Shown here: in pieces, positions 1-9,297 of the stretch | Layout of the letters: every line of letters starts with the position of its first letter | Position numbering within the stretch: position 1 is the stretch's first letter | From: Candidatus Bathyarchaeia archaeon | GTDB lineage: Archaea > Thermoproteota > Bathyarchaeia > Bathyarchaeales > Bathycorpusculaceae | DNA: 60,265 bases | Assembly: GCA_050015395.1 (NCBI GenBank) | Contig: JBEKBM010000019.1 | Location: 1 to 60,265 of the forward strand | Reading direction: 5' to 3' | Made by a program: the position numbers and the translations under genes | The notes under the pieces: model-generated | Database searches by the model: none | What the model saw: the letters and a program-made list of their open reading frames with translations, nothing else | What the model was told of the DNA's origin: nothing

Positions 1-141
1 CCCATTTAACGTCGGTCATGGCGCTGGTCAGACACCAAACCAATGGTACAATCGGGCGTAACCCCAGACTGCTCACCAAATAGTTCAGCGAACGAACTAT
101 AAAAATTTTAATTGTGCACACCCCTCGACTAACTAGTAAAT

Positions 142-228
142 TGGCGCCGGGGAAGGGATTCGAACCCGTGCGGGCACAGTGGTCCACTGGCTGGCTTGCC
201 CACTTTTGTGCAATTTTTGAATCTCGAG
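142..228 (-). pseudogene. 3' half of a tRNA-Ser(CGA)-like gene with putative intron; 5' half not found
   Basis: Minus strand reads CTCGAGA (anticodon loop, CGA), ~30 nt insert, GCCAG, long variable arm, GGGTTCGAATCCC, CCCCGGC-G-CCA; no matching 5' acceptor or D-arm upstream; T-stem has a mismatch. Confidence 0.7.
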
Positions 229-701
229 ATCAACGGGTTAACCATTTTGCCCCTTGATGTTGCAATAAAATCGTCGCGTCAGCGGTGTAAAAACGTTTTT
301 CTAGTCCAAACCACCCCATTCTGAAAGTTCACAACCGCGGAAAGCCTCAAGCCTTCCAGTGGGAATCCCAGAATCTAGGTAACCGCGAACCCACCCACCC
401 GCCGAGAAACCCCATCGTGCCCATAACTGACGATGCTGTCAACATGGTGTCATCATGGAAAGTCGCAATCCGCCCATCCGAAAGTCGCATCCAACCAAGC
501 CCTTCAAACCCCAAACCAAAAAGGCAACAAGAAATACAAACGCCCAGGGCGGAAAGTCTCAACTTTCCCGTAGCAAAAGTCTCAACTAAAAAAACACAAA
601 AACCCAAAGAACTCAAAAACGCTTCATTTTCGAAAGCACTTTTTTAGCTGAAAAGCGAAAAGGTATAAGAATGCGTATGTTTCTTTTATGCAAAGCTGGT
701 A

Positions 702-986
702 GTGAACAAGGTGAACGTTCCTAAGGAAGTTAAAACTTACTGTCCGAAATGTAAAACTCATCAAATTCACAGTGTAACCCTCTACAAGCCTGGAAAGCGC
801 AGAGCCTTAGCTCATGGCGAACGCCACCACGAAAGAGAAAAGCATGGTTACGGTGGACAAAAATATCCACTTCAAAGAGAATTCGCGAAAACAACCAAAA
901 AACAAACTCTGCGGTTAAAATGTAAAGTTTGCAATTACATGAGGCATAAAGACGGTATACGCCTCAGAAAACTAATTATACAATAA
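702..986 (+). CDS. rpl44e: 50S ribosomal protein L44e
   Basis: VPKEVKTYCPKC..H, GYGGQKYP, KTTKK.LRLKC..C; first gene of the conserved rpl44e-rps27e-aIF2a-nop10 operon. Confidence 0.97.
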   Translation: MNKVNVPKEVKTYCPKCKTHQIHSVTLYKPGKRRALAHGERHHEREKHGYGGQKYPLQREFAKTTKKQTLRLKCKVCNYMRHKDGIRLRKLIIQ

Positions 987-1004
987 TAATGGAGAAAAAA
1001 AGTC

Positions 1005-1202
1005 ATGTCTGAATGGAGCAAACTTATCCCAAAACCAAGAAGCGTCTTCCTTAGAGTCAAATGCTCAAAATGCGGCAACGAACAATTACTCTTCAGCAAT
1101 GCTGTCAACAAGATAACCTGCAATGTATGCGGAGAAACACTAGCTGAACCATCTGGCGGAAGAGCAAAAATTAAAGGCGAAGTACAAGCGGTTCTTGAAT
1201 AA
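1005..1202 (+). CDS. rps27e: 30S ribosomal protein S27e
   Basis: IPKPRSVFLRVKCSKCGNEQ...C..CGETLAEPSGGRA. Confidence 0.97.
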   Translation: MSEWSKLIPKPRSVFLRVKCSKCGNEQLLFSNAVNKITCNVCGETLAEPSGGRAKIKGEVQAVLE

Positions 1203-1217
1203 GGGATGACGTAATGA

Positions 1218-1434
1218 ATGGCTGAGCGTAAGCCCGAATGGCCAGAAGCCGGTAACCTAGTGATCGCCACCATAGAAACCGTTACGGATTATGGCGCTTA
1301 CGCTAAACTTGATGAATACGACAAGAGAGGTTTACTTCATGTCTCAGAAATCTCGTCTGCAAAAATCAGCAGAAAACGTCATCTCAAACGTCACAGCTGC
1401 AGGCGGGCAAGGGACTTTTAGAAGGGAAAAATAG
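1218..1434 (+). pseudogene. eif2a: Translation initiation factor aIF-2 alpha with large internal deletion and frameshift
   Basis: S1-domain start (PEAGNLVIAT..DYGAYAKLDEY..GLLHVSEISS) joined at ~1357 to a +1-frame C-terminus LQKSAENVISNVTAAGGQGTFRREK* ending at 1434, directly before nop10. Confidence 0.9.
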
Positions 1435-1602
1435 TTGGTTTGGCAATTACGCAAATGCGTAAACTGCGAAAAATATACACTTAACAAAAAAAGTTGCCCT
1501 TACTGTGGTGGACCCGTCAGAATTCCACATCCACCCAAATTCTCGCCTGATGATAAATACCTAAAATACCGAATGGCAATGAAAAGGAGTAGCACAACAT
1601 AA
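1435..1602 (+). CDS. nop10: H/ACA RNP protein Nop10 (not in ORF track)
   Basis: TTG start; MVWQLRKCVNCEKYTL...CPYCGG....PHPPKFSPDDKYLKYR; canonical operon position. Confidence 0.95.
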   Translation: MVWQLRKCVNCEKYTLNKKSCPYCGGPVRIPHPPKFSPDDKYLKYRMAMKRSSTT

Positions 1603-2375
1603 TGAAAGAAACCTACATCAAAGAATTCATCCAAATTGAACCAAACAATCCTATTCTTATCGAGGGTCTTCCAGGTTTAGGGCTTGTTGGTAAAATCGCC
1701 CTTCGCTACATGATCAAACAGTTAAAAGCCAAAAAGATTGCTTATCTCTACTCACCTCATTTCCCATATTTTGTCCTCGTCAACAAAAAAGGTAACGTCC
1801 GCCTTTTAAGAGGTGCATTCTACTACTACCAAAATCCAAACGGACCAAACGATCTGATTCTATTTACCGGCGATAGCCAATCGCAAACAATCGAAGGGCA
1901 ATACGAAATCGCTGACCGATTGCTTGACTTCTCAGAAAAGTACAAAGTTAAAACAATCGCAACAATCGGCGGTTACCGAATGGAGCCAAAAGAAAAACCT
2001 AAAGTCTTCATAGCTGCAACTTCACAGGAAATCTTAAACAAAGCACTGCAAGCAGGCGCAACTCTAAGCACTTCAGGAAGCCCAATTGTTGGAACAGCAG
2101 GATTAATACTTGGCCTAGCAAAATTCAAAAAAATAAGCGCTCTTTGCCTGCTTGGTGAAACACGCGGTTACCTTCCTGATCCTCTTGCGGCAAAAAGCGT
2201 TTTGGAAGTTTTAAAATCCACTTTCAACTTCGACTTAGACTTGGCAGGATTGGATGAGGAAATTGCCCGTGCAGAAATAATGGTGACTCGCCTGCAGCAA
2301 ATTGAAGAAAAACGAGCCTTGCAAGCTGAACAAACACGTAAAGAAGAAGATAAAAAAACCACTTACATATCTTAA
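1602..2375 (+). CDS. Proteasome assembly chaperone (PAC2) family protein
   Basis: LIEGLPGLGLVGKIA, GDSQ, GTAGLILG, CLLGET.GYLPDP.AA; follows nop10. Confidence 0.93.
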   Translation: MKETYIKEFIQIEPNNPILIEGLPGLGLVGKIALRYMIKQLKAKKIAYLYSPHFPYFVLVNKKGNVRLLRGAFYYYQNPNGPNDLILFTGDSQSQTIEGQYEIADRLLDFSEKYKVKTIATIGGYRMEPKEKPKVFIAATSQEILNKALQAGATLSTSGSPIVGTAGLILGLAKFKKISALCLLGETRGYLPDPLAAKSVLEVLKSTFNFDLDLAGLDEEIARAEIMVTRLQQIEEKRALQAEQTRKEEDKKTTYIS

Positions 2376-3460
2376 GCAAAGCTTTTCTTTATTATATCAA
2401 CGGTTTTTTGGGCTGCTGTGCCGTCGCCGAAAGGTGAAGCATAGGGCAACTCAACTTCATTTTTAACCGCTTCTTTCATAGCTGCCAAAATATTTTTCCC
2501 ATCTGTTCCAACCACTTTGGCGAATCCTGCTTCCACTGCTTCTGGCCTTTCAGTTGACAAACGCATTACCAGTACAGGCTTTCTTATGCTTGGGGCAGTG
2601 GCTTCCTCTTGAATACCGCCTGAATCAGTAATTATCAATTTACAGTTTTTCATCAAAATTAAAAAGTCCAAGTATCCCAAAGGCGGAAGAATTAACACGT
2701 TCCTCAATGCTTCTATTTGAGCAAGCATCTTATTTTCTTGAAGTCTCTTTTTTGTGCGTGGATGCATCGGATAAACTATTGGAATTGGGGATTTTGAGAA
2801 AACATCCATAAAGGACTCAAGAACCGACACGTTATCAACATTTTCTGCTCTGTGGGCAGTTGCTAAAGCGAACTTTTCAAAAGGGATTTTTTCCATTATG
2901 GTTGATTTTTTTTCAGCAATTGGCAAATGCTGGATTACCGCGTCTATAGCCGTGTTCCCGGTCAGGTAGATTTTGCCCCAAACATTTTCTTTCAAGAGAT
3001 TTGCCTTTGCTCTCTGTGTTGGCGTGAACAAGTATTCAGATATGTGGTCGGTTAAACGTCGGTTATGTTCTTCAGGCATGCGCAGGTCAAAGCTTCTCAA
3101 ACCAGCTTCTACATGCCCAATAGAAATCACCCGTTTATTAGCTGCTAAAGCTGCGGCTAAAACGCTGTTTGTGTCGCCTTCAACTAAAACAATTGAAGGC
3201 TCAATTTTCTCTAGCAGCTGGTCCATCTTCATCATTATTTCTGCTGTTTGCGCTCCAGGCGAAGAAGCTTCAATTTTAAAGGAGTAGTCAGGTGTTAGCA
3301 ACTCGAGGTTTTCAATGAATTGCTGAGCCATATTGTAGTCGTAGTGTTGGCCGCAATGGACAAATACTGATGGGATTTTGGTTTTGTTTAAGGCTCTGAT
3401 TATTGGAGCCATCTTGATTATTTCAGGTCTAGTTCCAGCAACAACTACTACTGGCTTCAT
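2372..3460 (-). CDS. wecB: UDP-N-acetylglucosamine 2-epimerase (non-hydrolysing)
   Basis: GTRPEIIKMAP, GQHYD, GDTNS, HVEAGLRS...PEE.NR, TDSGGIQEEA, TERPE. Confidence 0.96.
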   Translation of the reverse strand: MKPVVVVAGTRPEIIKMAPIIRALNKTKIPSVFVHCGQHYDYNMAQQFIENLELLTPDYSFKIEASSPGAQTAEIMMKMDQLLEKIEPSIVLVEGDTNSVLAAALAANKRVISIGHVEAGLRSFDLRMPEEHNRRLTDHISEYLFTPTQRAKANLLKENVWGKIYLTGNTAIDAVIQHLPIAEKKSTIMEKIPFEKFALATAHRAENVDNVSVLESFMDVFSKSPIPIVYPMHPRTKKRLQENKMLAQIEALRNVLILPPLGYLDFLILMKNCKLIITDSGGIQEEATAPSIRKPVLVMRLSTERPEAVEAGFAKVVGTDGKNILAAMKEAVKNEVELPYASPFGDGTAAQKTVDIIKKSFA

Positions 3461-3478
3461 CGTTTTGTCTCGCTTTTT

Positions 3479-5515
3479 TTAGGTTTTCTTTAGGCATCCT
3501 TCTCTGGGTTCATAAATTGTTCCTTCACGCAGCAATTGGCTTATCATGCGTTCAATTTCGCCTCTGGGTATCTTATGCTTTGTTTCCAGTTCGTTGACAA
3601 GTGCGTCCTTCTCAACTATCCCTGTCACTTTCTCCATGTCCATCAGCGTTGAAAGTACAATGGACAATCTATCCCGTAAAGTTTTAGGTCGTCCAGTCAT
3701 TATTAAATCAATATCCATTTTGTATGAGGACAAGTCAATTCCAACTTCTTCCAGAGACCTCTTCATAATGACTACAGCCGCCTCTGCATCTTCACCAGTC
3801 ACTTCCTCTCGTAATGCAACGCGTGCCCTGGCTTCTGAGATACGAACAAGCGATTCCAACTGGCGTGCGGTTATTGCCACTGGTGAACCTTCAGTTTCGC
3901 TTGCCGCGCGCATGGCTAAGTAAAAGTCGCTTAGCCGCTTTAACGCTTCAGTACCAAGTACAGGCTTAATCCCTTTAGCATAACCAACATATTTCCGCAG
4001 CAATTCCGCATCTACCGGTGCTTCTACAGGGCTTACTCCTCTACGATGAATTTCCAAGATGTGATGAGACATTTTTTCATCCGCTTCCTTGTTGGGCACA
4101 TCACGTAGCACGAAAATTAAGTCAAAACGCGAAAGAATAGTTACTGGTAGTGAAATGTTTTCGGCAACTGTCCTGTTTGGTTCATACCTGCCTAAAGACG
4201 GGTTGGCCGCTGCTAGCACTGCTGTTCTGGCGTTCAGTGTGGCGACAATTCCGCCTTTTGCAACTGAAACCGTATGCTGCTCCATCGCTTCGTGAATGGC
4301 GACTCGGTCTTCAGGCCGCATTTTGTCCATCTCATCAATGCATGCAATTCCTTTGTCAGCTAGCACGAGTGCACCTGCTTCAAGGCTCATGCTTCCACCT
4401 TTTTCTCTTACTACCGCAGCGGTTAAGCCTGCGGCGGTTGTTCCTCTTCCCGAAGTGTATAATCCCCTTGGAGCTATTCTGGCCACGTACTGGAGAAGTT
4501 GCGATTTTGCAGTGCCAGGATCACCGATTAAGAGTGCGTTCATTTCTCCTCTTATGTTTATGTCTGGCAGGCTTTTTGCAACTCCGCCGAAGAGTAAATA
4601 CATTATTGCTTCTTTGATGTGCTCGTAGCCGAAGATTGATGGTGCTATGGAACTCATGATTTTCCTGTGCACCCATGGGTCTTTTGAGAGTGCACGGATT
4701 TTTTTTTCTTCTTCAGGTGTAGGCGGTGACGTTTCTGGCTCTTTGCCAAGCACTTCTGCTGAGTTAGCATCAAGTTGAAGAATGAATGTTCGAAGTTTTC
4801 CCATTCCTATCAATGAAGGCGCAAAAGCACGAACGATGCCGACTATGGAAACGTGGTCTCCTGGTCTTGCAACGTCAACTATGTCATCACCGACAAGTTT
4901 CACGGCTAATGCACGTGGTAATTGCCCTGGAGGTAAATCTTCAGGCTTTTCCTGCAACCGGAGATCTTGGGAATCTATAAAGGTTGATTCTTCTTGGACA
5001 AACTCGAATGGTCCATCTCTTCCGCAGTCTGGAGCTTGGCATATGGCTGGTGCCTTTAGGAATTGTCCTGTTTGTTCTTCCATGTTCATGGTTCCACAGC
5101 GTTTGCATTTGAAGGCTGCTTGCAAGACCATCGGTCGGACTGACGTGGCTCTGACTACTATGCCTTCAACCATTACTAGTTTAGCCATTTGTCTTGAGCC
5201 GAGTTTTCTTAGCTGTTCTTTTCCGAGAAGCTTCACGATTCTGGCATTAATTTTTTCTATTTTTTCAGCGTATTCTGCATCTTCTATGCGGAGTTGTTCG
5301 TAGGCTCCTTTTCCTGCATGCTGCAGGTATTCTCCTGGTTTGTTGAGTAATTGTTCAGCTAGTGCTTGGTCAAATCCATAAAGTTCTTCGAAATCGATTG
5401 TTACTGATCCTTTTCCAGTGATGGCTAACTGCGCGATTCTTTGGCGGTACTTCTCTTTCTTAAAGAACTCTTGAAAGCGCTGCTGCGGGTCTACTGTTAC
5501 CTGTTCGTTAGCCAT
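3479..5515 (-). CDS. mcm: MCM replicative helicase (no intein)
   Basis: Zn finger, GDPGTAKSQ Walker A, CIDEMDKM Walker B, SRFD arginine finger, ITARQLE, C-terminal winged helix. Confidence 0.98.
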   Translation of the reverse strand: MANEQVTVDPQQRFQEFFKKEKYRQRIAQLAITGKGSVTIDFEELYGFDQALAEQLLNKPGEYLQHAGKGAYEQLRIEDAEYAEKIEKINARIVKLLGKEQLRKLGSRQMAKLVMVEGIVVRATSVRPMVLQAAFKCKRCGTMNMEEQTGQFLKAPAICQAPDCGRDGPFEFVQEESTFIDSQDLRLQEKPEDLPPGQLPRALAVKLVGDDIVDVARPGDHVSIVGIVRAFAPSLIGMGKLRTFILQLDANSAEVLGKEPETSPPTPEEEKKIRALSKDPWVHRKIMSSIAPSIFGYEHIKEAIMYLLFGGVAKSLPDINIRGEMNALLIGDPGTAKSQLLQYVARIAPRGLYTSGRGTTAAGLTAAVVREKGGSMSLEAGALVLADKGIACIDEMDKMRPEDRVAIHEAMEQHTVSVAKGGIVATLNARTAVLAAANPSLGRYEPNRTVAENISLPVTILSRFDLIFVLRDVPNKEADEKMSHHILEIHRRGVSPVEAPVDAELLRKYVGYAKGIKPVLGTEALKRLSDFYLAMRAASETEGSPVAITARQLESLVRISEARARVALREEVTGEDAEAAVVIMKRSLEEVGIDLSSYKMDIDLIMTGRPKTLRDRLSIVLSTLMDMEKVTGIVEKDALVNELETKHKIPRGEIERMISQLLREGTIYEPREGCLKKT

Positions 5516-5517
5516 CT

Positions 5518-6090
5518 TTACTTTTCTCCTTCACTTTCTAGAATCTTTGTTTTCCACTGAGAAATTATTTTCACTAGTTGTTCATATAGGATTTTTTCCT
5601 CGCTTGTAAACTTTTTTAGAACCTGCTCACTTTGGGTTGGAGCAGAAGATAGGGCGACTATTTTTTTTAGCCTAGAATTTACGATGTCGCGTGCTAATTG
5701 CTTTGCTCTATCGTATTCTTGGTATTTCTCCGATTGCCTTGAGGCTTGATCTTTCAAGTCGGAGATAAACCTGCGAAGTTTAGGATAAAAATCATCTGAA
5801 AGCTCGGAGATTTGTCCCGGGATTTGTACGCCTTCCTTCCATTGCACCTTAAACAGTTTAGTTGCATCCAAAACATCGTCCTCTCGAAAATGAACCATTC
5901 CCGAGTTCGCTAACTCTTTCGCCACCCAAAAATAAACTTCATACTCGTTTCCTTCATCAAAGGGACCAACAGTTAATCCAGCAAGCTTAATTTCCGGGCA
6001 GTTCCTGTTTGCCACAATTTTAACCAGCGAGTTCTCATAACAGAAATCTAAGGTGCAAATTTTTGCTGCCAAATCCCTTTTCCCTCTCAA
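5518..6090 (-). CDS. GINS complex subunit (Gins23-type)
   Basis: Immediately upstream of mcm; N-terminal beta domain (VGPF..G.EYEVYFWVAKEL) then helical domain (L..DFY...DIVNSRLKKI...T.EE..LY). Confidence 0.85.
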   Translation of the reverse strand: MRGKRDLAAKICTLDFCYENSLVKIVANRNCPEIKLAGLTVGPFDEGNEYEVYFWVAKELANSGMVHFREDDVLDATKLFKVQWKEGVQIPGQISELSDDFYPKLRRFISDLKDQASRQSEKYQEYDRAKQLARDIVNSRLKKIVALSSAPTQSEQVLKKFTSEEKILYEQLVKIISQWKTKILESEGEK

Positions 6091-6247
6091 GTCCGATTGT
6101 TTTCCCCTTTGTGGGGTTCAACAGATATAGCAAGAACAGTTTTAAGCGTTTGCACTAGAAACAAATAATACTAAAGAAAGTTTGCCCTCTACTGCTCGGA
6201 GGCACTATACCTTTCTTTTAACTCATCTCCATGCTCTGTTTCCGTGT

Positions 6248-7498
6248 TTATGGCCAAAGTCCTAGTGTTTTTATGGCATTAGCCACTCTTCCTACACCCA
6301 GCATTAACGCGCCCGTGCGCATGTCGCTCTCTTCCTTCTCCGCGATAGCGACTACGTCGTTGAATGCTTTGGTCATTTTGGCTTCAAGTTTCCTGTTGAC
6401 TTTTTCCAGTGGCCATTGCTCGCGGGTTAAGTTTTGTACCCATTCAAAGTAGCTTACGGTTACACCGCCAGCATTTGCGAGTATGTCTGGAATCAGACAG
6501 ATGTCTTTTTCGTATAATGCCTTGTCAGCTTCAGGTGTAGTTGGTCCGTTTGCTGCTTCAGCGACCATTTTTGCTTTTATTTTGTCGGCGTTGTTGCGGG
6601 TGATTTGGTTCTCTAGCGCTGCAGGAATAAGCACGTCGCAGGGCAATTCAAGCAGTTCCTCGTTGGTTATGTTTTTGCAGTCCTTGTAGTTCTGGACAGA
6701 GCGTGTTTTTTCTTTATGCACAAGAACATCCGGTGGGTTTAAGCCATCTGCGCAATAGATTCCTCCTGTGGAGTCGCTTACGGCTATTATTTTGCAGCCT
6801 ACTTCTTGCGCGGCCACTGCTGCATGGTAGCCGACGTTGCCGAAGCCTTGGATGGCCACGGTGGCGTTTTTTAGTTTTAGGCTGTTGTTTTCTGCCGATT
6901 GCTTTACGCAATGGATTACTCCTCTGCCCGTGGCTTCCGTTCTGCCCCATGAGCCTCCGATTTCAACGGGTTTTCCGGTGACGCTTTCGGGTATGCTGTA
7001 GCCTTTCATTTGGCTGTAGGTGTCCATTATCCAAGCCATGGTTTGCGCGTCAGTGTACATGTCTGGCGCAGGAATGTCACGGTGTGGTCCCAAATATTCG
7101 AAGATTAGACTGACGTATCTTCTTGTTAATCTTTCAAGCTCATGTTTGCTCATTTTTTTAGTGTCAACACAAACGCCGCCTTTTGCTCCACCAAATGGTA
7201 TGTCAGCGATGGCGCATTTCCAAGTCATCAACATTGCCAGCGCGGTAATTTCATCAAGGGTAATGTTTGGGTAGTAGCGGATTCCGCCTTTGAATGGTCC
7301 GCGTGCATCCCAATGTTGAACTCGGATGCCGTTGAATACGCCGACGCCGCCGTTATCCATTCGGATGTCGATGCTGACGCTGATGGAGCGTTTTGGCGAG
7401 CTGAGCATCTTATGCATCCCCGAATCCAACTGTAACTTTTTGCAAGCCAGTTTGAGCTGGGAAAGTGCGACGGTTAATGGTGTGTGTTCTTCAGCCAT
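6248..7498 (-). CDS. gdhA: Glutamate dehydrogenase (Glu/Leu/Phe/Val family)
   Basis: RGPFKGGIRY, FGGAKGG, DIPAPD, ATGRG, QGFGNVG, EAANGP, NAGGVTVSYFEWVQN; start taken at ATG 7498. Confidence 0.95.
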   Translation of the reverse strand: MAEEHTPLTVALSQLKLACKKLQLDSGMHKMLSSPKRSISVSIDIRMDNGGVGVFNGIRVQHWDARGPFKGGIRYYPNITLDEITALAMLMTWKCAIADIPFGGAKGGVCVDTKKMSKHELERLTRRYVSLIFEYLGPHRDIPAPDMYTDAQTMAWIMDTYSQMKGYSIPESVTGKPVEIGGSWGRTEATGRGVIHCVKQSAENNSLKLKNATVAIQGFGNVGYHAAVAAQEVGCKIIAVSDSTGGIYCADGLNPPDVLVHKEKTRSVQNYKDCKNITNEELLELPCDVLIPAALENQITRNNADKIKAKMVAEAANGPTTPEADKALYEKDICLIPDILANAGGVTVSYFEWVQNLTREQWPLEKVNRKLEAKMTKAFNDVVAIAEKEESDMRTGALMLGVGRVANAIKTLGLWP

Positions 7499-7753
7499 AA
7501 ATCGAGCCTTCTGCAATAACTGTTAATTATAAAATGGCTAGATAAGACTTGCCTTCGCCAGTTTTTTGTGTGTTTGGTTGATGCTTTTGTATACCGTCGT
7601 TTTGGCCTTTACCATTCAAGGGTCATCTTAGTGACTGTGACTGTTTAGCTCTGTCTTTTTAACTGTTAATTGTTGTGCGTGCAAAGCCTACCTACCCGGT
7701 CGAAAAATATATACGTTTTATCAGTACGTTTGTATATACGGAGACGCGGGCAT

Positions 7754-8092
7754 ATGGCTAAAGCGATTAAGTCGTTCAAGTTTAAGCCTCAAGTTTATGA
7801 GAGTTTCAAGCAGTTAGCATCCAAGAACGGTTACACTGTGACCGGTGCCTTTGAGAAGTTCATGGAGTCTGCTATTGATCACGGTCTTGTTTTTCCTTCA
7901 GCCGTAAAAAAGGAAAATGCTGAAGCTGAGGCTCGTATCATGCTGGCTTGGCTTAAAGAAGGCAAGTACTGGGTTAATCTTGGTGGCGGAGAAGAGACGA
8001 GCACTAGAGGTCGTCTTCTGCAGCTTTTGCCGAATGTTGAAAAGGCTGATTTGAGATTGGATATTGAAGAAACCTTGAAGAAGAAGCCTTAG
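7754..8092 (+). CDS. Small putative ribbon-helix-helix DNA-binding protein
   Basis: N-terminal KSFKFKPQVYESFKQLASKNGYTVTGAFEKFM fits a beta-helix-helix pattern; repeated motifs upstream; ATG 7754. Confidence 0.6.
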   Translation: MAKAIKSFKFKPQVYESFKQLASKNGYTVTGAFEKFMESAIDHGLVFPSAVKKENAEAEARIMLAWLKEGKYWVNLGGGEETSTRGRLLQLLPNVEKADLRLDIEETLKKKP

Positions 8093-8100
8093 CCTGAAGC

Positions 8101-8142
8101 CACTTCTCTTTTGAGTTTAGTGCTGACTTCTCAGCAGAAGTG
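8101..8142. terminator. Stem-loop between convergent ORFs
   Basis: CACTTCT...AGAAGTG outer stem enclosing TGCTGA-CTTC-TCAGCA. Confidence 0.45.
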
Positions 8143-8152
8143 AAAGAGCTGA

Positions 8153-8446
8153 TTAATGTGGGAGCATAAATGCGCCTGTGCCAGGTGGTGGTGCTTGGGC
8201 GGCTGCTCGGCATGCTAGTGCTAAAGCCATCAGTTGATCGTCGTGTTTTCCTTGTGGATGCCAGAACTTGAGGTGAATGCGTTCTTGGGCTGTTTTGGGC
8301 TGCAGATACTCGTATTGTTGTTCGTTCATCTGTGCGATTAGTGTTTTGTCGTCTAGCCTGTTTTCTTTTTCTGTTTCAGTGTCCGCAGATAGCGCGCCAG
8401 CTTGTTGCAAAATTATGAAAGTTGTGGCGAATAACGCGTCAATCAT
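8153..8446 (-). pseudogene. C-terminal fragment of a viral terminase large subunit (nuclease domain)
   Basis: LIAQMNEQQYEY...FWHPQGKHDDQLMALALA matches the HDD-x3-ALALA motif of TerL nuclease C-termini; no ATPase domain. Confidence 0.7.
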
Positions 8447-8466
8447 ACAGCTTTAAACATGCCCAC

Positions 8467-8778
8467 TTACTTGCAGTACTTTGCTGCTTCTTCAATGTAG
8501 TTTTTGACCTCTTGATGTAATGCAGGCGAATAAAACTGAAGACGAATCTCCGCTTTCTGTCTTCCCTTGAAATGTGCGGTCAAGGTTTCGTCTTTTATTT
8601 CGGCTTTCTCAAGGTCGCGTAAAAGATACATTTCAGGGTCTTGCCTCTCCACGATGTTAAAGCGTGGGTTATGCGTCTCTTGTTGGATGATGAGGCGATG
8701 AGTGGTTAACCAGCCTACACCATTTGCCAACTTGTAGGATAAGATTGTCTTTTCTCCCGGAAAGCCGTCAAATTTCAT
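8467..8778 (-). CDS. Hypothetical protein, possible PH-like fold
   Basis: Clean ATG ORF; GE.IL....G.GWLTTHRLII resembles PH-like domain starts. Confidence 0.55.
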   Translation of the reverse strand: MKFDGFPGEKTILSYKLANGVGWLTTHRLIIQQETHNPRFNIVERQDPEMYLLRDLEKAEIKDETLTAHFKGRQKAEIRLQFYSPALHQEVKNYIEEAAKYCK

Positions 8779-9241
8779 AATGCTTTTTTAGTAGCTTAGT
8801 ATTATTTTGATTTTTCCTATTTTAGCGGAAATATTCACTTTCTTTTTAAGCAATCTGAACCATGAGCACGAGCCCCAAGTGAACGCATATGAAAAAGAAA
8901 ACAGCGCTATTAGCCACGCCGAAAAGTGCAAAACTGCTTAAAATTGTTGGAATGCCTTTGCAAACAAAAATTACCTGTTTTGGAATCAACGTTGGGGTCT
9001 TCTTGCGAAACGTTGACTAGATTTATGTCAAATGGCTAACTATGAATCGGTTAAATTGCCGCATGCTGATTAATTATGGAGTAAATTTAATGAAAAAACT
9101 GTTATGAACTAAACAGCGCAAAGCATCAAACGACCCCTCTTTCTTTTTATATTTATCTTGAATGCAAAGTCCATCTATCCGTTTTTGCCGCAACCCCCCC
9201 GCACAAGCTTTATATGCAAAATCGCTAACAAAGAGAGGTTA

Positions 9242-9272
9242 TTGAGCGAGAGCACTTACGCTTTTCGTTCAA
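9242..9272 (+). promoter_or_regulatory. Conserved 5'-leader hairpin, copy 1 (TATA box TTTATAT at 9209-9215)
   Basis: TTGAGCGAGAGC-ACTTAC-GCTTTTCGTTCAA; homologous to 13394-13424. Confidence 0.75.
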
Positions 9273-9297
9273 ATAAAATTATAGGAAAAGAAAAAAC

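Noticed and set aside
347-647. ORFs 347-616 and 417-647
   Set aside because: Compositionally biased, overlap on opposite strands, no recognisable motif
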